Origin: Dongia sp.
Lineage (GTDB): Bacteria; Pseudomonadota; Alphaproteobacteria; Dongiales; Dongiaceae
Direction of reading: 5' to 3'
Assembly: GCF_041906375.1 (NCBI RefSeq)
Contig: NZ_JAYRJJ010000009.1
Span: 12,706-44,705, forward strand
DNA length: 32,000 nucleotides
Shown: positions 18,311 through 26,199 of the stretch, one piece after another
Position numbering within the stretch: the stretch's first letter is position 1
Layout of the letters: each line of letters begins with the position of its first letter
Made by a program: the position numbers and the translations under genes
The notes under the pieces: model-generated
Told to the model about the DNA's origin: nothing
The model's database searches: none
Seen by the model: the letters and a program-made list of their open reading frames with translations, nothing else

Positions 18311-19279
18311 TTAGACGAACCACGATTTGGGGGCGTGCTTGCGAGGGCCGCTGGGGGGCCTCTTGATCTTCTTAGGAGGCAAGAACTCCCGGAACACGTC
18401 ATTAATGATCTGCCGCCAGCCGTCGTCGGGCTGCATCCCGATCAGAGTTTGAACAGGGTTCAGCCGCATGATGGAATCCTTGGCCTCCCCAGCATTCTTC
18501 TCCATGAGCAACTCCAGATACTGGGTGAACTTCGTCGGCCAGTCATCCAGCAGCGCGACGCCACGGGCAATCAGGTTTGACTGGGAAACCGTTGTCTTAC
18601 TTTCCCCAGGGCGCATAGCTTTGCCCTCGACGGCAGCAACGACACGGCCCAGGCTTAGCAGAAGCTCTAACTGATCGCCCATTGATAGGTCGGACAGGAC
18701 CGACCCTGGCGGGTGAGTTCCGCCAGTAGCAATCACATGAATCACCTTCATTGCATCTTGGGTCCGCTGATCCACGCTGCGGCCCTGCATCAAGGTGAAC
18801 GGCATCTGACAACGAGGACAGGCCTCGATTCCAGATAATGACCACAGGAATTCATGGTCCGGACAGGAGGGGCAGCTATTGATGAGAGTCCGCCGATGAA
18901 CGTGGCAGGCACTCAGCGGTCCCAAATACCAATTATGCCTGTGGAAAGGACTGTCCACTAAGCATTCTGGGCAGATCCACATTTTACTAGTCCGGACCCA
19001 ATCCCGAAGGATCACCTGGCCGCGAAAGTGCGCCAAGCGAGGTGTATCGGCACCCAGCAACCCGTTTTGGAGAACCTCCCATTGATCACCCAGTGCGTCG
19101 GCAAGTTGGTCCAAGCTCCAGGCAAAAGGTAGTCTCCATATCCGGTCGGCAGCGCGAAAATCAGGGATCAGATTTCCGACGTTTTCAGAACCAAGGATTT
19201 TCGCGGTGCGCTTGAGATAACCGAGGATGCTTTCGCCTTCATATGCCTGAGGGCGGATCGGATATTGTTTGACTGTCAT
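18311..19279 (-). CDS. TniQ-domain protein (solitary, with no TnsA/B/C partners in the window)
   Basis: The N-terminus 'YPIRPQAYEGESILGYLKRTA' fits the P-x-P-x-x-GES-hh-S/G-hh-R TniQ signature. It is followed by zinc-ribbon-like 'CPECL..H(x3)W..C.VHRRTLINSCPSCP...CPRC'. I trimmed the start to the only ATG (19277-19279). The track ORF begins at a TTG at 19411. Confidence 0.7.
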   Translation of the reverse strand: MTVKQYPIRPQAYEGESILGYLKRTAKILGSENVGNLIPDFRAADRIWRLPFAWSLDQLADALGDQWEVLQNGLLGADTPRLAHFRGQVILRDWVRTSKMWICPECLVDSPFHRHNWYLGPLSACHVHRRTLINSCPSCPDHEFLWSLSGIEACPRCQMPFTLMQGRSVDQRTQDAMKVIHVIATGGTHPPGSVLSDLSMGDQLELLLSLGRVVAAVEGKAMRPGESKTTVSQSNLIARGVALLDDWPTKFTQYLELLMEKNAGEAKDSIMRLNPVQTLIGMQPDDGWRQIINDVFREFLPPKKIKRPPSGPRKHAPKSWFV

Positions 19280-19394
19280 TGTTGGTTTGCTTGGGATCGA
19301 AGTTGCTGTGCATGCCACGCATGGAATTTGCCAAGCAGTTCTCAATTTAGGGTTACGATTTCCTTCAATTTTACATGAATTCGATCGACGCGTG

Positions 19395-20225
19395 TCAGAC
19401 CACGCTGACAACGACAGCGGTTAGATTATCATGGCCGCCCCGCTCAATGGCGAGTGACGCCAACCGATCTACTGCTTGGACGCCGTAATCTATCAGAGCC
19501 TCCCAAATCTCATCATCCTCAATAAGATCGCTAATTCCATCACTACAAATCAGATAACTCTCACCCAGCCAAAGTGATTTCCCACCCACATGTGGCGTGA
19601 TCTCTAGCTGAGGATTTGAGCCGCCTAGAACTTGAACTAGCGTGGAACTCTGCTTCTTTAGGCCTAGATAACCACCAACGGTATCGTCCCGAGATAGCTG
19701 ATAGAGCCCAAGCGAGCTAAACGAATACACTCGGGAGTCACCGACGTTAAAGAAATACATCGTCGCACCATGAATCCATAAGCCCGCTATTGTCGTGCCC
19801 ATGCCCCGCGTCTGGTCGGTCATCAAATCGAAGATTTGTCGGTCGACCTCGACGAGTGCTTGAGCAATGGCCTCCTTATTGTCGGCCCTCAAAAGCCGTC
19901 TGCTAAGGAACTCGATGGCGCCATGACTAGCGACCTCTCCGCCCGCCGGGTTGCTCATTCCGTCTGCGACCAGAACGACTCTGACTTCGTCCGTGGAAGC
20001 AGTTACTTCATGAGCGTTTCGCATGGAGTCGGAGGATGCCCAATCAACGACGTGAACACGATCCTGATTGATTGAATGAATCAGGCCCGGATGAGTGATC
20101 GCCCGGATCAGGAGGTTGAGTGAAGCGGGTGGCGATGACGGCCTATTTTCCTTCATTTGGGCTGACTTCAGATATTCGGGCATTGACGAAGGAAGCCGTG
20201 CCATCGATTTGGATGACAAACTCAA
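19395..20225 (-). CDS. PP2C-family (PPM) Ser/Thr protein phosphatase
   Basis: All PPM blocks are present: 'NQDR', 'VADGMS..GGEVAS', 'GMGTT', 'NVGDSRVY', 'CSDGISD' and 'GGHDNLTAVVV'. The start is uncertain. 20225 is a TTG, and in-frame ATGs lie at 20204, 20183 and 20156. Every option overlaps the stop of the upstream TIR gene (20143-20145). Confidence 0.85.
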   Translation of the reverse strand: MSLSSKSMARLPSSMPEYLKSAQMKENRPSSPPASLNLLIRAITHPGLIHSINQDRVHVVDWASSDSMRNAHEVTASTDEVRVVLVADGMSNPAGGEVASHGAIEFLSRRLLRADNKEAIAQALVEVDRQIFDLMTDQTRGMGTTIAGLWIHGATMYFFNVGDSRVYSFSSLGLYQLSRDDTVGGYLGLKKQSSTLVQVLGGSNPQLEITPHVGGKSLWLGESYLICSDGISDLIEDDEIWEALIDYGVQAVDRLASLAIERGGHDNLTAVVVSVV

Positions 20226-21027
20226 ATGTCATCTCATCCTTGTCAGGCTTGATAAGACCGCGAGTGTTGTCGACGATCGCGAGGATCTTGGTGGCTGCAT
20301 AGAAGCCATTGGTGTTTCTGAGTATGAGAATTTGACCAAGCTGCGGCCGACGATGTGCCGAGGAGAAGTCGAAAGTGGCGGCGTCGCCAATGTCGCTTAT
20401 TTCGTGGGCCCCAACAGCGACAGCGATGCCATGTATGCTGGGCTTGTCGTTGTGAGCTTGTATACTCGTGTCACTGGATTTACTCCAATGAGTCTCGAAG
20501 AGATATGGGTCACGTCCCAGGATGTAGACGCCGTTATACGACGAGTAATCGAAAGTGATCGTCCCGCTGCTTGATGTCACATGAGGCGGGGGAACGTCTG
20601 ATGCCTTGGTAGCGAAGGGGCTTATTCCCAGCTTCTGAACTATCAGTGTCGCCAAAGCATAGGGCGTCAGCTTATTCGCATCGAGATATTGGATTGTCGA
20701 GGGCATTCCCGGCACTGGCGTGTCATCAAAGCGGACAGGCAGAACGTATTCTGACTTCTCCATCAGAGCTCGGCTTAGAGCAGAACGACGTTCGTGGCTG
20801 CACCAGGGTTTGTCCACATACTCCTTGGAGATGAACATCACCACATACGATGTCTCAGCGGAGAAAAGCTGATGGAAGAACTCGACGCCGTCTTTGCCCC
20901 ATAGCGTTACTTGGCTGTCGCCGTCATAGAAGACCGGAACGCCAAAGGATTGAAGGGATCGAACGACCTGCTCGACGTAGAGTCGTTGTTCTCCAGCGAA
21001 CGAAACGGCTGCCTGATACTTAAACAT
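20143..21027 (-). CDS. TIR-domain protein with an unassigned ~150-aa C-terminal domain
   Basis: The N-terminal ~140 aa read 'AAVSFAGEQRLYVEQVVRSLQSFGVPVFYD..VVMFISKEYVDKPWCSHERRSAL', which is TIR_2-like with a WCxxE glutamate. The C-terminal half ('TITFDYSSYNGVYILGRDP...GQILILRNTNGFYAATKILAIVD') looks beta-rich and I do not recognise it. Confidence 0.8.
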   Translation of the reverse strand: MFKYQAAVSFAGEQRLYVEQVVRSLQSFGVPVFYDGDSQVTLWGKDGVEFFHQLFSAETSYVVMFISKEYVDKPWCSHERRSALSRALMEKSEYVLPVRFDDTPVPGMPSTIQYLDANKLTPYALATLIVQKLGISPFATKASDVPPPHVTSSSGTITFDYSSYNGVYILGRDPYLFETHWSKSSDTSIQAHNDKPSIHGIAVAVGAHEISDIGDAATFDFSSAHRRPQLGQILILRNTNGFYAATKILAIVDNTRGLIKPDKDEMTFEFVIQIDGTASFVNARISEVSPNEGK

Positions 21028-21214
21028 TTACGGCCTCAAGTCGGTGGATGTCGGATTACGTCCGCAATCTCCGCGGCAATCTCTTGAACGGTATTCGTTG
21101 CTGTATTTCGAGCGAGCCTATGCGCCCGGCGCTCACTCGAAACCGCCAGCTCGATATGTTAGCTAGGGCGCCAAGATGCTCTAAATAGTTGATCAATATA
21201 GATATGTAGATTGA

Positions 21215-21242
21215 TTGATTAATCCTTAACAGATCTTATAAT
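21215..21242 (+). promoter_or_regulatory. Sigma70-like promoter candidate for thsA
   Basis: TTGATT (21215-21220), a 16-bp spacer, then TATAAT (21237-21242), about 43 nt upstream of the thsA GTG and within the AT-rich divergent region. Confidence 0.35.
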
Positions 21243-21284
21243 TCCCGGAAAACTGCCAAATGAAAGAGTCGCTGGGGACGTAGC

Positions 21285-22724
21285 GTGATATCAAAAGTAG
21301 AAGGCTTCATAGAAAAATACTTAGGTGAACTAAGGCAGAACAACGCCGCCGTTTTCGTTGGGGCTGGACTGTCTACTAGTGCTGGCTTTGTTGACTGGGC
21401 AGGCCTTCTGGCGCCGTTGGCCAAAGAGATAAGCCTCGACAGCACCAAAGAGACTGACCTCGTGGCGCTTGCCCAGTACTACCTCAACTCCAAGCGTGGG
21501 CAACGCCACGACATCAATCAACTTCTAGTCGACAAATTTTCAGATTTGCGAGCGCCGACGGAGAACCATCGCATTCTTGCTCGGCTTCCTCTCGGCGTTT
21601 ACTGGACCACCAACTATGATCGACTGCTGGAAACTGCAATTCAGCAGGCTGGTCGTCGACTCGACGTAAAACTCACGGTCAAGGGTCTGTCGAGGACACG
21701 CCCCGGTCGAGATGCCGTGCTCTACAAGATGCATGGCGACATTGAATTGCCCGAAGACACGATTCTGGCAAAAGACGAGTACGAGAGATATCACGTTAGC
21801 CACCAGCCCTTCGTCACAGCTCTCTCGGGCGACCTCGTCGAGCGAACTTTCTTATTTCTCGGCTTCAGCTTTACAGACCCGAACATCGACTACATTTTTA
21901 GCCGAATCCGGATTCAACTTGTTGGCAATCAGCGGACTCACTACTGGCTGACCAAGCGTCGCACTCAAAAGCCCGGAGAAAGCTCAGAGGACTTCGGGTA
22001 CGCGAGGGCTAAGCAAGATCACGTTATCGAGGATCTCAAGCGCTTCAACGTTGAAGCAATCCTTGTCGATGAGTACTCGGACATCACCGAAACTCTGCAG
22101 AAAATCGAGAATCGATTTCGCATGGCGACAGTCTTTGTCTCTGGTGCGGCCGCGGACTATTCGGGCAATGACCCGACCGTTGTTGATCAGGTTCTTAAGA
22201 AGATTGGTACGAATCTCATTTCAGATGGCTTCCGGATCGCGAGCGGCATGGGTATCGCTGTCGGGACGGCAGTCGTCACTGGTGCAGTCGAACAGATCTA
22301 TTCAGATGACTCACGTTCTATCCAAAACAGCCTGGTGCTGCGACCCTTTCCCATTGGGATTGAGGACGCCGCCAAGCGTATGGAGACGTTTACTCGCTAT
22401 AGGGAAGAGCTCATCAGTCAGGCCGGGATCGCGATCTTCATTTTGGGAAATAAGATCGAGAGCGGAAAGCTCGTCGAGTCTCCCGGGGTCTGGCAGGAGT
22501 TCGAGCTCGCAAAGCAGAAGGGGCTCCACATTATCCCCGTCGGTGGGCTTGGCGGCATGGCTGCCAAAGTCGCAAATGAAGTGCTGACAAACTTCGCCCA
22601 ATACTACCCGAAAGATGACGGCTCCATCCGCGCGGCAATCGAAAAGCTGAATGGGCCAATGGGGGATGGATTGGGTTACCTCGACGCTCTACGAACGATT
22701 ATTAACAAGCTCGCAAAGGACTAA
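21285..22724 (+). CDS. thsA: Thoeris ThsA (N-terminal SIR2 NADase plus C-terminal SLOG signal-binding domain)
   Basis: Alignable by eye along its whole length with Bacillus cereus ThsA as I remember it. Shared blocks include 'AAVFVGAGLS', 'DLVALAQYY', 'NHRILARLPL..YWTTNYDRLLE', 'DAVLYKMHGD', 'FLFLGFSFTDPNIDYI', 'ITETLQKIENR', SLOG 'TVFVSGAA', 'LVLRPFP' and 'IFILGNK'. It has a GTG start after GGGGA. Confidence 0.92.
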   Translation: MISKVEGFIEKYLGELRQNNAAVFVGAGLSTSAGFVDWAGLLAPLAKEISLDSTKETDLVALAQYYLNSKRGQRHDINQLLVDKFSDLRAPTENHRILARLPLGVYWTTNYDRLLETAIQQAGRRLDVKLTVKGLSRTRPGRDAVLYKMHGDIELPEDTILAKDEYERYHVSHQPFVTALSGDLVERTFLFLGFSFTDPNIDYIFSRIRIQLVGNQRTHYWLTKRRTQKPGESSEDFGYARAKQDHVIEDLKRFNVEAILVDEYSDITETLQKIENRFRMATVFVSGAAADYSGNDPTVVDQVLKKIGTNLISDGFRIASGMGIAVGTAVVTGAVEQIYSDDSRSIQNSLVLRPFPIGIEDAAKRMETFTRYREELISQAGIAIFILGNKIESGKLVESPGVWQEFELAKQKGLHIIPVGGLGGMAAKVANEVLTNFAQYYPKDDGSIRAAIEKLNGPMGDGLGYLDALRTIINKLAKD

Positions 22725-22728
22725 TTGA

Positions 22729-23139
22729 ATGCCGAGGCGCGTATTCTTTAGCTTCCACTATGACGACATCATGAACGCGAACATCGTTCGAATGTCGGGT
22801 CAGTTCAAGCCGACAAAGGAGACCGGATTCTATGACGCGTCGCTCTGGGAAGAGGCGAAGCTAAAGGGCGACTCAGCAATCAAGCGGCTCATCGACGACG
22901 GTATGAAAAACACGAGCGTCACGTGTGTCCTGATTGGCGAAAAAACCCACGCTCGGCCCTGGTGCAAGTATGAGGTCGAACAGTCGCGAGCTCTCCGCAA
23001 GGGACTGTTCGGTGTTTTGCTTCCCAATCAGACCAAGTACGGCCCGAAGTGGATCAGCCAATGGGCGCCCGTCTACACCTGGGATCACAACAAGTTTCAG
23101 AGTTGGGTCGACCAAGCCGCTGAGAAAGTTGGCCGATAG
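22729..23139 (+). CDS. thsB: ThsB-like TIR-like protein (DUF1863 type), short form
   Basis: 'RRVFFSFHYDDI', 'FYDASLWEEAKLKGDSAIKRLIDDGMKNTSVTCVLIGEKTHARPWCKYEVEQS' parallels B. cereus ThsB. The gene starts 4 nt after the thsA stop. Confidence 0.85.
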   Translation: MPRRVFFSFHYDDIMNANIVRMSGQFKPTKETGFYDASLWEEAKLKGDSAIKRLIDDGMKNTSVTCVLIGEKTHARPWCKYEVEQSRALRKGLFGVLLPNQTKYGPKWISQWAPVYTWDHNKFQSWVDQAAEKVGR

Positions 23140-23205
23140 TCCAGCCCTGATCGGTCGGAGTTCGAGCGTGACATCGCCTCTGGGGATTTCAAAGAAAGAC
23201 ACCGA

Positions 23206-23805
23206 ATGCGCAGAACGTTCTTCTCGTTTCATTACCAACCGGATGTCTGGCGGGCTTGGAATGTCCGTAATTCTTGGGCTGTCGTGCCGACGGAACAGGA
23301 GGACGTGGGTTTCTTTGACGGTAGCGTATTCGAAGCTGCGAAGAGGACGAGCGATGATTCACTCAAGACCTTTTTGCGCGAAGGACTGAAGAATACTTCG
23401 GTAACTTGTGTGCTTGCAGGTACTGCGACATGGACAAGGAGATGGGTGCGGTACGAAATCGCGCGTAGCGTGATCAAGGGTAACGGCCTACTGACCGTTC
23501 ATATCCACGGGGTGAAAAACAAGGATGGAGTTGTCGCGGAGAAGGGTTCAAACCCGCTCAATGCGATGGGTGTGTATAAGGCCCTCGGCAGTATCTATCT
23601 GGCGGAATGGAAAGACGGCAAATGGGCGAAGTACGAAGATTACTCGCTGGCAATTCCCGAAGCGGATCTTAGATTTGCAGCCCCCACGACCGACAATGTG
23701 GTTCAGCTTTCCAGTCACTACATGAGTTACGACTTCGTCGACCAAAGCGGTCGGGCGAACATCGGTGGATGGATAGAGACCGCGGCGGGGTTGGCGGGTC
23801 GCTAA
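23206..23805 (+). CDS. thsB: ThsB (TIR-like, DUF1863 type), full-length form
   Basis: 'RRTFFSFHYQPDVWRAWNVRNSW', 'FFDGSVFEAAKRTSDDSLKTFLREGLKNTSVTCVLAGTATWTRRWVRYEIARSVIKGNGLL' and 'LAEWKDGKWAKYEDY' closely parallel B. cereus ThsB from memory. Confidence 0.9.
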   Translation: MRRTFFSFHYQPDVWRAWNVRNSWAVVPTEQEDVGFFDGSVFEAAKRTSDDSLKTFLREGLKNTSVTCVLAGTATWTRRWVRYEIARSVIKGNGLLTVHIHGVKNKDGVVAEKGSNPLNAMGVYKALGSIYLAEWKDGKWAKYEDYSLAIPEADLRFAAPTTDNVVQLSSHYMSYDFVDQSGRANIGGWIETAAGLAGR

Positions 23806-23862
23806 CTCGATGTGGCGCCGATTGGCGCCGCAAGCATTTGACAGAGAGAGTTGGGAGGAGCG

Positions 23863-24456
23863 ATGCCTTACCTAACCGAAAGCGAAGTAAGGGAAGCCGC
23901 GAAAGGTGTGGTGCTGCGTAAGCGCGCCATCAGTGCGGCTTCAATTCTCAAGGAGTCCGTTGAAGCGGCATCTGACGCCGATACCTTCGATGTGTTTCTG
24001 TGCCACGCATTTCGAGACGCAGAACTCGTTCTGGGAGCGAAGAATATTCTGGAGAGCAAGAGGTTGAAAGTCTATGTGGATTGGATCGTCGATCCTCAGA
24101 TGAACCGTTCCAATGTTACGGCCTCAACGGCAGGCATTCTCCGCAAGAGAATGCGGAACAGCAAAAGTCTATTCTATCTCTATTCCAACAACTCCACCCA
24201 GTCGCGATGGATGCCTTGGGAGCTGGGTTATTTCGATGGCCACAACGGGGCGGTTGCCATTTTACCAATCAAGCCGGATGGCAAGCGTATCGACTTCAGC
24301 CAGGAGGAGTATCTAGGTCTCTACCCTAAGGTCGAAATTCAAGACGCAGACCTATTCATTAATAGGACGACAGATTTACCAGTGCCTGGTGACGACAAAG
24401 CCAATTATAGAGGCTTTGAGACCTGGATCAGTCGGCCGCGGGAACTCCAACTCTAA
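23863..24456 (+). CDS. TIR-domain protein (third ThsB-type gene of the locus, different TIR subtype)
   Basis: 'FDVFLCHAFRDAELVLGAKNILESKRLKVYVDW...SKSLFYLYSNNSTQSRWMPWELGYFDG'. I trimmed the start to the ATG at 23863, directly after GGGAGGAG. The track TTG at 23851 would lie inside that RBS. Confidence 0.75.
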   Translation: MPYLTESEVREAAKGVVLRKRAISAASILKESVEAASDADTFDVFLCHAFRDAELVLGAKNILESKRLKVYVDWIVDPQMNRSNVTASTAGILRKRMRNSKSLFYLYSNNSTQSRWMPWELGYFDGHNGAVAILPIKPDGKRIDFSQEEYLGLYPKVEIQDADLFINRTTDLPVPGDDKANYRGFETWISRPRELQL

Positions 24457-24561
24457 GCGAATGATGGTTACGGAGATGCGCTTTCGCCACTGCGCATACC
24501 GGAAACATGTGTCATTGAGTCCTTTTGGGATCGTTCCACTGCTAGCACTGGGGGGAGTGAG

Positions 24562-26094
24562 ATGGCTAGACTACTTGGCCCTGTTCTGCGCCTTCGCGGC
24601 CACGACCATCGAAACAACCTCTGGCGCATAAGCGCGCTGGTATGTGTTGAGGCGGGCGATCCCAAGCCTACACTATCCTATTCGCTCGGCGTTGGTGACA
24701 GGAACATTCCCTGCGGCCAGCTCTGGGCAATCGACGGCGCAGAGTCTTATCGATTTGATCTCGATGTGCCCCTCACTGATCAGCCCCAGGTTCTTCGCTA
24801 TCGAGTTAGCACGGGGCCGGAAGAGTGGACAGTTCATGTCCCTGGCCAAAACATTCAGCCGCTGTTCGCATTTGGGTCGTGCAACGGTTTTTCGAGCCTG
24901 AAGCTCAAGAAGTCAATCGATGACTCGGATGCGCTATGGAAACATATGGCGCTCCGCCACGAAACTATCGGCTATAACGCTCTTCTATTGGGTGGCGATC
25001 AAGTTTACTCCGATGCCATGTGGGAGCTCATCACCGAACTTGAAGACTGGAATGATCGGCTCTGGAGCGATCCTCTGAAAGGTGTCGTTCCCGAGGGCTT
25101 GCCTGAAAAACTGCTGAACCACTTCTTTATGGAAATGTACTGCAGGCGTTGGAGTCAGCGCCCGGTTCGCGAAGTTCTAGCTCGAATACCAACCATCATG
25201 ATGTGGGATGATCACGACATCATGGATGGCTGGGGTTCCTACAAAGAAGAGTGGGCTCAGAGCCCTGTCTATCGCCTCATCTTCTCTACTGCGAGCAAGT
25301 GTTTTGAACTCTTTCAACTCCAGTCGACGATGCACGATCCGGTATTTATCCCGGATCGTGCGGCAGGCTACAGCCAGCTCTACTATTTCTCGGGCGTGTC
25401 GCTTCTCATTCCTGACCTACGTGCTGAACGGCGGCTTGATCAGGTAATCAGTCCGACAACGTGGAAGGCTATCTATAGTAAGCTCGAAAGCCTATCGATC
25501 GATCCCGATCGCGCACTAGTTCCCTGCCGACATCTATTGGTCATGTCTAGCATTCCCGTCATGCACGCGCGGTTCGGTCAAATCGAGTCAATCCTTGGCT
25601 GGACGCCGGGACAGCAAGAGCTTGAGGACGACCTACACGATCATTGGAGCAGTCGCCCCCATCGAGGCGAGCGCCTTCGCCTGATTCATCGGCTCCTGGA
25701 GTACTCCCGCAAAGAAAATGTGAGAGTGACCATTCTGTCCGGAGACGTTCATGTCGCGGCACATGCGACAATCTATTCTAGTCGGGAGGGCGAGCCTAGC
25801 ACCAAGCACACACTGGTTCAGTTAACTTCATCGGGTATCGTTCATCCGGCGCCCCCAGCGATCATGAGGTTTGCCCTCAACACTCTGTTTGATGATGACG
25901 AAGAGATTGATCAGGGCATCATTGGGCGCATGGAAAAGATGCCGGGCGACGAAAGGCGCTATGTTGCATCGAGGAATTGGCTATCTCTCGAACGAGATGA
26001 TCCTCAACGATCCTTGGGGCGGCTTTGGGCGAACTGGTTCGCCGAAGAGGATGTGGCGCATCCGTTTACGAGGGTGATTCATCCGATCGGATAG
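24562..26094 (+). CDS. PhoD-like / calcineurin-like metallophosphoesterase
   Basis: 510 aa with metallophosphatase blocks 'FAFGSCNG', 'LLLGGDQVYSD', 'IMMWDDHDIMDGWGSY' and 'ILSGDVHVAAH'. The ATG follows GGGGGAGTGAG. Confidence 0.75.
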   Translation: MARLLGPVLRLRGHDHRNNLWRISALVCVEAGDPKPTLSYSLGVGDRNIPCGQLWAIDGAESYRFDLDVPLTDQPQVLRYRVSTGPEEWTVHVPGQNIQPLFAFGSCNGFSSLKLKKSIDDSDALWKHMALRHETIGYNALLLGGDQVYSDAMWELITELEDWNDRLWSDPLKGVVPEGLPEKLLNHFFMEMYCRRWSQRPVREVLARIPTIMMWDDHDIMDGWGSYKEEWAQSPVYRLIFSTASKCFELFQLQSTMHDPVFIPDRAAGYSQLYYFSGVSLLIPDLRAERRLDQVISPTTWKAIYSKLESLSIDPDRALVPCRHLLVMSSIPVMHARFGQIESILGWTPGQQELEDDLHDHWSSRPHRGERLRLIHRLLEYSRKENVRVTILSGDVHVAAHATIYSSREGEPSTKHTLVQLTSSGIVHPAPPAIMRFALNTLFDDDEEIDQGIIGRMEKMPGDERRYVASRNWLSLERDDPQRSLGRLWANWFAEEDVAHPFTRVIHPIG

Positions 26095-26199
26095 CGTCGA
26101 GGCTACACATCATGCCAGGGCACTTTGGCACGATCTGCCATGGCGCATTGCTGAAACGTCTGCGGCGACACCTGTAACCGAAGATCAGTAGGTACATCC

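Noticed and set aside
18311-19279. The TniQ gene as evidence for a Tn7-like or Tn5053-like transposon (or CAST) carrying the island as cargo.
   Set aside because: No TnsA/TnsB/TnsC (TniA/TniB) genes, CRISPR array or TGT...ACA-type terminal repeats are visible. In those elements tniQ follows the transposase genes, but here a PP2C and a TIR gene lie immediately upstream. I kept only the weaker idea of a co-opted TniQ fold.
24389-24631. 80-aa ORF bridging the last TIR gene and the PhoD-like gene, and similar small ORFs at 26066..26344 (-), 27206..27466 (+) and 27774..28061 (-).
   Set aside because: They overlap well-supported genes or their RBS regions in other frames and have no motifs or start-site signals. 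I treated them as frame noise.
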